A stretch of 64,000 nt of DNA, taken from the NCBI GenBank assembly GCA_044376115.1, contig JBILLK010000029.1, positions 32,001 through 96,000 of the forward strand, written 5' to 3'. This stretch comes from Polyangiaceae bacterium. Its GTDB lineage: Bacteria; Myxococcota_A; Polyangia; Polyangiales; Polyangiaceae. The notes under the pieces are model-generated. The model searched no databases and had not been told where the DNA came from. It saw only the letters and a program-made list of their open reading frames with translations. Of this stretch, positions 29,454 through 38,175 are shown in pieces. A program made the position numbers and the translations under genes. Numbering within the stretch: position 1 is the stretch's first letter; every line of letters begins with the position of its first letter.

Positions 29454-31145
29454 TTAGGCGTCCAGAGGGAAGATGCGTTGCATGCGCATCGCCAGCCTTA
29501 CGGGGCCGCGAAGCGTACCGCGGCCAGTCGAAAAGGCGAGCGCACCATTGAGCTCACCGTTGATCATCTTCAGGTAGTCATCGGCGAGCATCTCAATACT
29601 GACGGTGGGCGACGTGTGAACGCCACCTTTGGTCTGAATGGTACCGTTCCGCACCTCAGCGAAGATCACGCGTGCGCCCTCCTGTGAAGAGAGCGCTTCA
29701 CGGCGGAGCAAGCGGCTCTCCTGCGATTCATTTTTACTAGGTAATCCCTCGGCTCCGCTGCGGGCCGGATTCGGCCCCTGGTTGTCCTTGAGGATCCACT
29801 GGAAGACCGCATCGAGATCACCCGCCGCTGCTGGGTTGAAGCGACGATCGAGCGTGTCGAAGTACGCCTCCACGGTCGGGAAGCGCCGGCCCGCGTCGCT
29901 CGCCTTGGCTTCCGTCTCGTGGGTGCTGCGGGAGTCGCGCTTCGTAGCGTCGGCCAGGTGAAGATCGAGATCTAGATCCTCGTCGCTCTTTTTGGGTGTC
30001 GCGTGCGCATGGCCAGCGGGAGCTGCCGCGCCACGAACTCGTTCCACGAGGCCCACGACACTGCTCGCGACGGTCCCGAGCGCTCCTCCCGCGCCGCTGT
30101 AGCGCGCGAGCAGACTCGAGAGTGGCGTCGGCGGCGTGACCGTTGGCGCCTGCGCGGCCGACGGTAGAGCCGCAGAAGCTTCGGGCTTCGCGTAGAACTG
30201 TCGGCACCACTTGCGATAGCTGCCGATTGGACCGTCGCCTCCCGCGAGCAGCGGCCGTTCGAGGTAGGCCTTGTTCTCCCAGATCGGGAAGTCTCTCGCA
30301 AAATCTGCCACAAAGGCCTGCCAAAAGATCTCGTCGATCTCCGCCGTGTAACCCGGGTCAGGCATGTGTTTGGTGTTGGCCACCGCAAAGATGGCGATGC
30401 GCTCCTCGTCGATCGGCGTGGGATGGATGCGCTGCCGGGTGAACAGGCCGCCGGTGATGACGTGCGTCTGCGACACAATCATGCCCAGCCCATTCAACGT
30501 AACGTCGAGGTGTACGTCGTTCACCTCATCGGGCATGCCGATCACGTGCCCCGTTGCATGTAGGTGAAGGAGCACCCTCATCCGATGGGCCTTCTGCTCC
30601 ACCTCGAGCACCTCGGTCTTGATCACATGGTGAACGGGCGCCAGATGCGAGCAATCAACGGTGTTCTCGCCGACCTCTTGAGGATGAGAGCGCAGCTCCC
30701 AGCGAATCGTCTTGTTGGCCGTCCAGCCGTCCTCCTCGAGCAGTGGCGGCTGCCACGGCGGTTCAGCGTCCGCGCCTTTTGGCTCGCCCGGGCCGTGGAA
30801 GACCATGATGACGCCGTTCTGCTCGACCAACGGCCACACGGCGACCCGCGCGTTCGCCGGGATCTTCGGCGCGTAGGGCACCTCGGTGCAGTGGCCGCGC
30901 GCATCGAACGCCCAATCGTGGAAGGGGCAGCGAAGGCAGTCTCCCACGACTCGACCGCCGCCGAGGTGCGCGCCTAGATGCGGGCAGGTCTTGTCGACCG
31001 CCGATAGCCCACCGCTCATCGCGCGAAACAGCACGATGTCGCGGCCGAAGTAGTGGACCGTCTTCACTTCGCCCGGCGCAATGTCCGACGAGAAGCCCAC
31101 CACGAACCACCCATACGGAAAGGACGTGAAGGGAAAGCGTCGCAT
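29454..31145 (-). CDS. Rieske non-heme iron oxygenase (KshA/Neverland-like) fused to SCP2 sterol-binding domain
   Basis: CPHLGAH...CPFH Rieske ligands; ENTVDCSHLAPVH and DFPIWENK iron site; GDGPIGSYRKWCRQFY; C-terminal SCP2 (AFSTGRGTLRGP). Confidence 0.9.
   Translation of the reverse strand: MRRFPFTSFPYGWFVVGFSSDIAPGEVKTVHYFGRDIVLFRAMSGGLSAVDKTCPHLGAHLGGGRVVGDCLRCPFHDWAFDARGHCTEVPYAPKIPANARVAVWPLVEQNGVIMVFHGPGEPKGADAEPPWQPPLLEEDGWTANKTIRWELRSHPQEVGENTVDCSHLAPVHHVIKTEVLEVEQKAHRMRVLLHLHATGHVIGMPDEVNDVHLDVTLNGLGMIVSQTHVITGGLFTRQRIHPTPIDEERIAIFAVANTKHMPDPGYTAEIDEIFWQAFVADFARDFPIWENKAYLERPLLAGGDGPIGSYRKWCRQFYAKPEASAALPSAAQAPTVTPPTPLSSLLARYSGAGGALGTVASSVVGLVERVRGAAAPAGHAHATPKKSDEDLDLDLHLADATKRDSRSTHETEAKASDAGRRFPTVEAYFDTLDRRFNPAAAGDLDAVFQWILKDNQGPNPARSGAEGLPSKNESQESRLLRREALSSQEGARVIFAEVRNGTIQTKGGVHTSPTVSIEMLADDYLKMINGELNGALAFSTGRGTLRGPVRLAMRMQRIFPLDA
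29681..29780. mobile_element. Putative 96-bp in-frame palindromic insertion (MITE/REP-like) inside SCP2 domain
   Basis: CCTG direct repeats at 29681-29684 and 29777-29780; internal hairpins; AT-rich core; non-SCP2 peptide. Confidence 0.5.
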
Positions 31146-31154
31146 CGGTCAGGT

Positions 31155-31183
31155 ACGCTATCGAAGCGATCCAACTCGGTCAA
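31155..31183 (-). promoter_or_regulatory. Sigma70-type promoter of the Rieske-SCP2 operon
   Basis: TTGACC-N17-TAGCGT, 9 nt before ATG 31145; TGACCGA direct repeats over the -35 and the start. Confidence 0.6.
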
Positions 31184-31262
31184 CGCAGCCCGCCCAGCTT
31201 TCAGCGAGCGCCCTACCTCATCGCGGGCACGAGGCGCAGGCTCAAGCGCTAGACTGCCGAGC

Positions 31263-33929
31263 GTGTCGACCAAGGACACCGATTTTGACGACCCTTCGAT
31301 GAGCGCGACGATCCAGGCTCCGAGCGCGCCTGCGCAGCTGCGGAGTTCGCTCGGGCCGCTGGAGCAATTCGCGCCGGGTGCGGTCCTCACAGACCGCTAC
31401 GAGCTTGTGCGCGAACTTGGCTTGGGTGCACACGGCGCTGTGTGGAAGGCGCTGGACCGCCACGTCGACGACTTCGTCGCGCTCAAGGTGTTGCGCCACG
31501 TTCGCGAGGACGACTTGCTCTTGTTCCGTCGTGAACTCTCGGCTGCGAGGCGCGTGACTCACCCTGGCGTCGTCCGCATGCACGACCTCGTCGCCGTCGG
31601 CGGCGCCTGGGCGCTATCGATGGAGTTCGTCGACGGCGAGAGCCTTGAACGCCTGATCGAGCGCACGGCCGCGCAGGGAGGCCTCGACAAGGTGCGCGTG
31701 CATCAACTTGCGCTCCACCTCGCCGAGGCGCTCGCGGCAGCCCATGCTGCAGAGGTCACACATCGTGACCTCAAGCCCGCCAACATTCTCGTTCGCAAAG
31801 ACGGTCGTCCTGTCATCACGGACTTCGGCATCTCGCGGGTAACGCGCCGAGAGAGCGCTACCTCGGAGGCAGCGTCTGGACAGGGTCTCGGCAATTCGCT
31901 CCGGCTGACGCGGGAGGGCGCGATCCTGGGGACGCCGCTTTACATGGCGCCCGAGCAGCTCGAGGGCCGCGCTGATGTAACGCAGTCGGTCGATCTCTAC
32001 GCCTGGGCGTTGATCGTACATGAGCTCGCCACCTCGCGCGTACCCCACGAAGCCGAGACGCTGTTGGAGGTGAAGAAGCGACGACTATCCGAGCCCGTCC
32101 CTCTCCTCGACGAAAGCGTCGCGTCACCGGAGCTGCGTGACGCGGTCTCCCGTTGTCTCTCGAGAGCCCCGTCGGACCGTCCACGCGACGGCGCCGCGCT
32201 CGTGAAGCTCTTGTTACCGGATCCGACGCCGCGCACCACGTCGATTGCTCCCAACCGAGCACGGTGGGGGGCGCGCGTTCTCGTCGCGATCGCCATCATC
32301 GGAGGAGTGATCGCGCTTGCGGTCTCCCTTCAACGTGAGAAGCCAGCCGCATCAGTTCCGGTGGTTGAGGCGGAGCGCGCAACCGCCAGCGCTGCAAGGC
32401 CTATCCGAGTCCACAGCTTTCGGAACGCTCGCAAGTTGACCTTCGAACCCGGCTGCTCGGAGTACGGCTCGTTTTCGCCCGATGGCAAATACGTATTGTT
32501 CGACAAATCCGAGGGACCGAAGAGTCACTTGTTTCAGCTCGAGCTCGCTACAGGCCGAGAGGAGCGGCTCACGACGTCACCGCGATGGGACTACTCGGCC
32601 TCGTATACGCCGAACGGACGCAGCGTCCTCTTCTTGCGGCAAGCCCAGCAGCCCGCCGCGATGTTGCTCGAGCTCCAAACAGGCAAACTTCGAGAGCTAG
32701 CCTCGGGCGCGATCCGGCCCACCATCGGCTTGGATGGCCGCTCCTTTTGGGCTGGAGACCCCGCAACGCCAACGCGCTTCGACTTGGATAGCGGTGCGCT
32801 GCTCGAGCAGCTCGTGGCCCCCGTCGGAATGCAGGCGCTTCGAGTTCGCACGCTCGCGAGCGGTGAACACGTTGGCGTGTTTCGTGTCGGGGACAATGAA
32901 GCCAGCCTGATTGCGGTGTTCAAAGAAGGCGCCTGGTCAACCCTGCGAACAGGCCGTTTTTACGACACGCTCACACTCTCCGCCGATCAATCGACAGCCT
33001 ACTTCTTCTCCGAGAAAGGGCCGCACGACCGCACCGTGACGGCCTTTCGCCCCGGCGCAGAGCTCGTGGAGCGACAGATGATGTCGCACGCCGATCTCGC
33101 GTTCTCTGCGGACGAGACCTCTGCTTTGTGGTCGACCTGCCGCAACCAAACGACCTGGGCCGTCCACGACGGCCATGGGTTCCGTGCGCCCAGTGAGGAT
33201 CCGAATTTCAGTGGGGTTGACGTGGCGTTGCTCGACGGTCGAACCATCGCTATCTCGGCTCGCGATGGCGCTGATAACAAGCTGTGGATGATGAAGCCGG
33301 GCTCGCCCCCGACCGAACTACGCGGGGTCGAAGGGGTGCCGGGCGAGCTGCACGCAGATGGAACTGCGGCCATCGTAGCGACGCAGCGTGGCCTCTACCG
33401 TGTGGACTTCGCCACTGGCTCGCCGATCGTTACGCAGCTCACGTCGAACGCAGCGGATGTCGCACCGTCCACGGACAACAAGGGAAACGTCGTTTTCGCG
33501 CGACAGGTCGAAGGTGGGCGCTCGATGCTCATGTCCGTTCCAAAAACGGGGGGCACCGAAGCGACCCCGAGGTGGTCTGGTGAGGCGATCTGGCCCACTG
33601 CAAGCCCCAGCGCTGACGCGATTATCTTCGTCGACCGAGCTGGAGTCCTGATGAAGTTGTCGGGCGATACTGCGCTGCCCTTCGGTAAGGACCTTCCCCC
33701 AGGACCTTATCGCCGACCGATGTTCTCCCTGGATGGGCGGAAGGTCGCGGTTCTCCGAGACGCCGATAAGGTTGCTGTCCTCGACGCAGCCACTGGTCGT
33801 CTCGTCGACAGCTACGATGCGGGCGACTACGCACTCCACCAGGTCTTCTTCGATCGAGCAGGCTCACTCCACGTGCTCTGGTCAACGTGGGTCGGTGATC
33901 TCTGGATCGCAGACGTAGTCCCCGAGTGA
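31263..33929 (+). CDS. Ser/Thr protein kinase with TM helix and TolB/PD40-like beta-propeller
   Basis: LGLGAHG, VALK, HRDLKPAN, DFG, GTPLYMAPE; FSPDGK and YTPNGR repeats; start GTG 31263 inferred. Confidence 0.92.
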   Translation: MSTKDTDFDDPSMSATIQAPSAPAQLRSSLGPLEQFAPGAVLTDRYELVRELGLGAHGAVWKALDRHVDDFVALKVLRHVREDDLLLFRRELSAARRVTHPGVVRMHDLVAVGGAWALSMEFVDGESLERLIERTAAQGGLDKVRVHQLALHLAEALAAAHAAEVTHRDLKPANILVRKDGRPVITDFGISRVTRRESATSEAASGQGLGNSLRLTREGAILGTPLYMAPEQLEGRADVTQSVDLYAWALIVHELATSRVPHEAETLLEVKKRRLSEPVPLLDESVASPELRDAVSRCLSRAPSDRPRDGAALVKLLLPDPTPRTTSIAPNRARWGARVLVAIAIIGGVIALAVSLQREKPAASVPVVEAERATASAARPIRVHSFRNARKLTFEPGCSEYGSFSPDGKYVLFDKSEGPKSHLFQLELATGREERLTTSPRWDYSASYTPNGRSVLFLRQAQQPAAMLLELQTGKLRELASGAIRPTIGLDGRSFWAGDPATPTRFDLDSGALLEQLVAPVGMQALRVRTLASGEHVGVFRVGDNEASLIAVFKEGAWSTLRTGRFYDTLTLSADQSTAYFFSEKGPHDRTVTAFRPGAELVERQMMSHADLAFSADETSALWSTCRNQTTWAVHDGHGFRAPSEDPNFSGVDVALLDGRTIAISARDGADNKLWMMKPGSPPTELRGVEGVPGELHADGTAAIVATQRGLYRVDFATGSPIVTQLTSNAADVAPSTDNKGNVVFARQVEGGRSMLMSVPKTGGTEATPRWSGEAIWPTASPSADAIIFVDRAGVLMKLSGDTALPFGKDLPPGPYRRPMFSLDGRKVAVLRDADKVAVLDAATGRLVDSYDAGDYALHQVFFDRAGSLHVLWSTWVGDLWIADVVPE

Positions 33930-33945
33930 GCGTTCGTCGCCGCGC

Positions 33946-34593
33946 CTACGGCTTGATCTCGAGCAGCTCCACGTCGAACACCAGCATCCCCGCGGGCTTA
34001 CCAGGCTTACCCTGATAGGCGAGCTCCTCGGGGATCCACAGCCGTCGCTCCTCACCCACCGCCATCAGCTGCAGGCCCTCGGTCCAACCGGGGATGACAC
34101 GCTTGAGCGGAAAGGTCGCCGGCTGACCACGCGCGACCGAACTATCGAAGGAGCGCCCGTCGGTGGTCCAGCCGGTGTAGTGCACGGTCACTACACTGTC
34201 CGCACTGGGCTTTGCGCCGCTGCCCGTTTTGAGCACCCGCGAGGCCAGACCGCTGGCGGTCTTTTCGGCATCGGCCGGAGGCGCAGCGACGTCCTCCGGC
34301 GCTTTGGGCGCAGCGGCCGGAGCCGCGCCGCCGACCATGCGCGTTGCCCCCATCTCCTTCATCACCTGATCGTAGGAGCCCACGCGACCGTCCCGATGAT
34401 GACAGTGATTGCGATGGCAGTTGGTCCAGCCGGGTGGAGGGTTCGCCGGGTCGAACACGACTTCGCCGTTCGCCGCCGGAGCCCCGGTGGATTGCGCCGA
34501 GGCCGAGACCGCGGCGCTCTCGCGCGTGGGAGCCACCTCGGTGCTGCAGCCGAGCGCCAACCCCATAACCCCGAGCAAAGGACGCAAACGCAT
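33946..34593 (-). CDS. FKBP-type peptidyl-prolyl isomerase lipoprotein
   Basis: VTVHYTGW..FDSS..VIPGWTEGL..IPEELAY..LVFDVELL; lipobox ALGC. Confidence 0.93.
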   Translation of the reverse strand: MRLRPLLGVMGLALGCSTEVAPTRESAAVSASAQSTGAPAANGEVVFDPANPPPGWTNCHRNHCHHRDGRVGSYDQVMKEMGATRMVGGAAPAAAPKAPEDVAAPPADAEKTASGLASRVLKTGSGAKPSADSVVTVHYTGWTTDGRSFDSSVARGQPATFPLKRVIPGWTEGLQLMAVGEERRLWIPEELAYQGKPGKPAGMLVFDVELLEIKP

Positions 34594-34655
34594 GCTCGCC
34601 TCTTAGGCCGAAGCGGCGCTGCGTCGAAACAAATTCGGCTCAGACCTTCGCGCCG

Positions 34656-35540
34656 CTAGGAGAGCCGACCAAGCAAGGCCTTCGCATCCGCCTCGAGCCG
34701 GCGGCGCAATACGCCGGTGAGGTTCAGCGACTCGAACACGGCGGGCGGCGCAGTAACCTCCTCGGCGGGAGCTGCAAAGCCGTTGGCGCGGCAAATTTCC
34801 TCGGCCACCCCTAGCGCAGCAGCCATCGGGTGCATCACGCCGCCGATGGTCGGATGATGGTGATGCTCGATCACCAGGCACACGTCAGGCGGCAACTTCC
34901 ACGCGGCGCACACGATATTGCCAGCCTCAGCGTGCGCCTCGATCACCGGCCGCTGGATCTCGAACAGCGGCGGTGGAGCCTTGGGGGCTCGCACATCCGC
35001 GAGCACGATCAGCCCCGCTGCAATGCCAACGTCGTGCAACAAGCCGCACAAGAAGGCGTATTCATCGGGTAGCGAGGTCGCTCTACACACGAGGCGCGCT
35101 ACGTGCGCCACCGCCACCGAGTGATTGCGCAAGGCATCCATCGCCTTCTCATAGCCCTTCGCGCGAAACACCCGACTCGAGACCGAGACGTGAAAAAAAA
35201 TCTCCGCCATGGTGTTCATGCCCAGCCGCGAAACGCCTTGCTCCAAGGAGCGAACAGGTGTTGCCGCACCGTACGCCGGGGACTGCGCCAGGCGAAGCAC
35301 GCGACCGGCGATGAAGGGGTCGTACTCGAGTACGTCGAGTACATCACGCACCGATGCATCGGGGCTGCGAGCCAACTCGAGCAACTGCAACGCCGCAGAT
35401 GGGAGCAGCGGCGGCTCGTAGTCAGGCGCACGGAAGGCCGCACGCAGCCGCTCCAGAACATCGCGCTCCTCGACGAACTCCGCGTCGATCTCGACAGTTC
35501 CTCGCCCATAGTTTTCGGCCCGCGACGCGAATGACGCCAT
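34656..35540 (-). CDS. HDOD domain protein
   Basis: PLLPSAA, DPFIAGRVLRLAQSPAY, AFLCGLLHDVG, WKLP..IEHHH. Confidence 0.92.
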   Translation of the reverse strand: MASFASRAENYGRGTVEIDAEFVEERDVLERLRAAFRAPDYEPPLLPSAALQLLELARSPDASVRDVLDVLEYDPFIAGRVLRLAQSPAYGAATPVRSLEQGVSRLGMNTMAEIFFHVSVSSRVFRAKGYEKAMDALRNHSVAVAHVARLVCRATSLPDEYAFLCGLLHDVGIAAGLIVLADVRAPKAPPPLFEIQRPVIEAHAEAGNIVCAAWKLPPDVCLVIEHHHHPTIGGVMHPMAAALGVAEEICRANGFAAPAEEVTAPPAVFESLNLTGVLRRRLEADAKALLGRLS

Positions 35541-35562
35541 TCGCTATGAAGACGTCACCAAC

Positions 35563-36783
35563 TTGACGCCGCTTAAGCCTGCTTCGCCCTCCCCTCGCCC
35601 TCTCGAAGGGCTGCGCGTCCTCGAACTCGGTCAGCTGCTCGCTGGTCCCTTCGCCGGCTGCTTGCTCGGCTACTTCGGCGCCGACGTGATCAAGGTCGAG
35701 TCGCTGAGCGGTGATCCGCTGCGCGGGTGGCGTGAGCTCGAGGACGGCACCAGCCTTTGGTGGCGCAGCCTCTCGCGCAACAAGCGCTGCATCGCGCTCG
35801 ATCTGCACCGCGAGGAAGCGCGCGAGATCGTGCGCGAGCTCTTGCTGACGAGCGACATCCTGCTGGAGAACTTTCGCCCTGGAACGATGGAGGCGTGGGG
35901 CCTCGGGCCGGAGGTCGTCACGGAGCTCGCACCGCGGGTGGTTTACGCGCGCGTCTCGGGCTTCGGCCAGACGGGTCCGGACCGCGAGCGACCGGGCTTT
36001 GCTTCCGTGTGCGAGGCTGTCGCTGGTCTGCGCTACATCACAGGCCATCCCGGAGAATTGCCGGTAAGACCGAATCTCTCATTGGGGGATTCCTTGGGTG
36101 GGCTGCATGCGATGTTGGGCGTGCTTCTGGCCTTGCGAGCGCGCGACCTCACCGGGCGCGGACAAGTGGTGGACATCGCGCTCACCGAATCGATCTTCAA
36201 CGTGCTCGAGTCCACCCTGATCGAGGCCGACCGTGGCGTCACGCGACAGCCCTCCGGCGTGACCATCACCGGCGTGGTACCGAGCAGCGCGTATCGCTGT
36301 TCCGCCGAAGGCGGACACCGTGAACCGATCGTGATCGGGGCCAACACCGACAAGCTGTTTGCGGTGTTGATGGCGCTGATCGAGCGGCCGGATCTGGCCG
36401 CGGATCCGTCGCTCGCGAGCAACCCTGGTCGCGTCCTGCGCGCCTCCGAGATCGACCAAGCGATCGAAGCCTGGACCAGCGTCCGCACAGCCGCTGAGGC
36501 GGTGTCGGCGCTCGCCGCGGCGGGCATTCCCGCGGGGCGCATTCAGGACGCAGCGCAGGTACTTCAAGACCCACAGGTGCGAGCACGGGGCACCATGGAG
36601 GCGGTCGCTTACCCCAAGGGCGAACTGAGGCTTCCCAAGCTCGCGCCGCTGCTCAGCGAAACGCCGGGCCGCAGTGATTTCGCGGGCCCGGAGCTGGGAG
36701 CGCACACCCGGGAGGTGCTGCTCGAATTGGGCCTTGGTGAGACGCAGCTCGCCGAGTTGTTCGCCAGCCAGGTCATTCGCTAA
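35563..36783 (+). CDS. Family III CoA-transferase (CaiB/BaiF)
   Basis: LEGLRVLELGQLLAGP, RNKRCI, ENFRPG, SGFGQTGP, PELGAHT. Confidence 0.95.
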   Translation: MTPLKPASPSPRPLEGLRVLELGQLLAGPFAGCLLGYFGADVIKVESLSGDPLRGWRELEDGTSLWWRSLSRNKRCIALDLHREEAREIVRELLLTSDILLENFRPGTMEAWGLGPEVVTELAPRVVYARVSGFGQTGPDRERPGFASVCEAVAGLRYITGHPGELPVRPNLSLGDSLGGLHAMLGVLLALRARDLTGRGQVVDIALTESIFNVLESTLIEADRGVTRQPSGVTITGVVPSSAYRCSAEGGHREPIVIGANTDKLFAVLMALIERPDLAADPSLASNPGRVLRASEIDQAIEAWTSVRTAAEAVSALAAAGIPAGRIQDAAQVLQDPQVRARGTMEAVAYPKGELRLPKLAPLLSETPGRSDFAGPELGAHTREVLLELGLGETQLAELFASQVIR

Positions 36784-36858
36784 CCTGTGATCAAATCATC
36801 GACTTGCGGGCATCGTCAGCAGCGGCTCGCCAATTTCTGGTCTAGCTTCGGGAGTTCA

Positions 36859-38175
36859 ATGCGGCTCATCCATCCCCACGTGCTCGCACTGGGACTCTTC
36901 GCCCTCGCGCAGCGTGCACATGCGCAGCCGGCCCCTGCGGCCGGCCCAACGGCTTCTTCCTGGCCTTTGCCCACTGCGCCTGCGTCCCCCAGCGCAGAGG
37001 ATCAGAAGCGCGCAAAAGCTGTGTTCGACGCGGGCGGGCGCTCCTTCGAACAGGGCGATTTTGCGGCAGCGATCCAGGCCTTTGAGCAGGCCTATGCGCT
37101 CAGCGGCCGGCCGAGCGTGATCTTCTCGTTGGCCCAAGCACACAAGAAGGCCTTCGTGGATACCGGCACCGCCTACCATCGCGAGGCGGCCACCAGCCTT
37201 TTTCGCGCCTACTTGGCCGAGGTCAAAAAGGGCGGCCGACGGGCCGACGCGATCAAGGCGCTGGAGAGCTTGGGCGTCGCAGCTACGCCAGGTGGCCCTG
37301 CCCCCGCGGCGGTCCCTGCCGCCGTGGTCGAGAAGAAGACGCAACTGGCGATCGAGCTGCTTACGCCCGGGGCCACACTCTCGCTCGACGGCGGCCCGGC
37401 GATGACGCCGCAAGGCATGATCGAGGTCGCGCCGGGGCGGCATACCATCAAAGTTTCAGCGCCAGGATATCGTGAGAAAGAGTTCGTCACCCAGGCGCTA
37501 CCCAACCAAATTACGCCGGAGACGTACGAGCTCGAGGAGCTACCGGCCAAGGTTGCGCTGGAGCTGCCTTCGGGAGCGATGGTCTTTCTGGACGGGCGCG
37601 ACATGGGCGGCTCGAGTCAGCTTTCGCTGCCTTCGGGCAGCCACTTCATCTCGGTTGCGCAAGATGGCTACCGCAGCCTCGGCAGGTCAGTTGAAGTTGC
37701 GCCGGGGGAGGCCAAGCAACTGGCCTTCGATCTCGAAAGCACCACGCAAAGAGATCTCTCGGTGGGTCTGATGATCGGGGGCGGCGTGGCGCTCGCGGCT
37801 GGCGGCGGGTTGATTGGAGTGGCGCTGCTCCGCGAAGCGGATGCGAGCGAGATTGAAGCGGCGCGAGCCGAAGGGACGATCACCCAGGAGGATATCGCCG
37901 AGTACGATCAGGCGCGTGAAGACCGCGACAACTTCCGCCTCGCCGGAGGCATTGCCGGCGGGGTGGGCGCCGCGAGCCTGCTGCTCGGAGCCGTCTTGTT
38001 CCTGACCGATTCATCGGCTCCGCTCGCGCCACCGCAAGTCGGCCCGCAACCGGGCAAGCCCAGCAAGCCGAAGTCTGGTCCTTCCGAAATGGAGGAGATG
38101 TCGTTCACCCCTTGGGTTGGCCCCGTCGGGTCGGAGCACGTTCGCGCAGGAGGCACATGGTCACTCACGTTTTGA
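36859..38175 (+). CDS. TPR + PEGA domain protein
   Basis: Signal peptide, TPR (GDFAAAIQAFEQAY), two PEGA-like repeats (VAPGRHTIKVSAPGY), Gly-rich C-terminal helices. Confidence 0.85.
   Translation: MRLIHPHVLALGLFALAQRAHAQPAPAAGPTASSWPLPTAPASPSAEDQKRAKAVFDAGGRSFEQGDFAAAIQAFEQAYALSGRPSVIFSLAQAHKKAFVDTGTAYHREAATSLFRAYLAEVKKGGRRADAIKALESLGVAATPGGPAPAAVPAAVVEKKTQLAIELLTPGATLSLDGGPAMTPQGMIEVAPGRHTIKVSAPGYREKEFVTQALPNQITPETYELEELPAKVALELPSGAMVFLDGRDMGGSSQLSLPSGSHFISVAQDGYRSLGRSVEVAPGEAKQLAFDLESTTQRDLSVGLMIGGGVALAAGGGLIGVALLREADASEIEAARAEGTITQEDIAEYDQAREDRDNFRLAGGIAGGVGAASLLLGAVLFLTDSSAPLAPPQVGPQPGKPSKPKSGPSEMEEMSFTPWVGPVGSEHVRAGGTWSLTF

Noticed and set aside
27622..29687. Long plus-strand ORFs opposite the sterol operon, and similar shadow ORFs throughout the window
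   Set aside because: Antisense shadows expected from high-GC codon bias; the opposite strand has clear family motifs.
29454..31145. Gene symbol kshA, nvd or sdmA
   Set aside because: Motifs cannot discriminate among these families without phylogeny.
31053..31262. N-terminal extension of the kinase ORF overlapping the Rieske gene
   Set aside because: It crosses a divergent promoter region; a better start exists at 31263.
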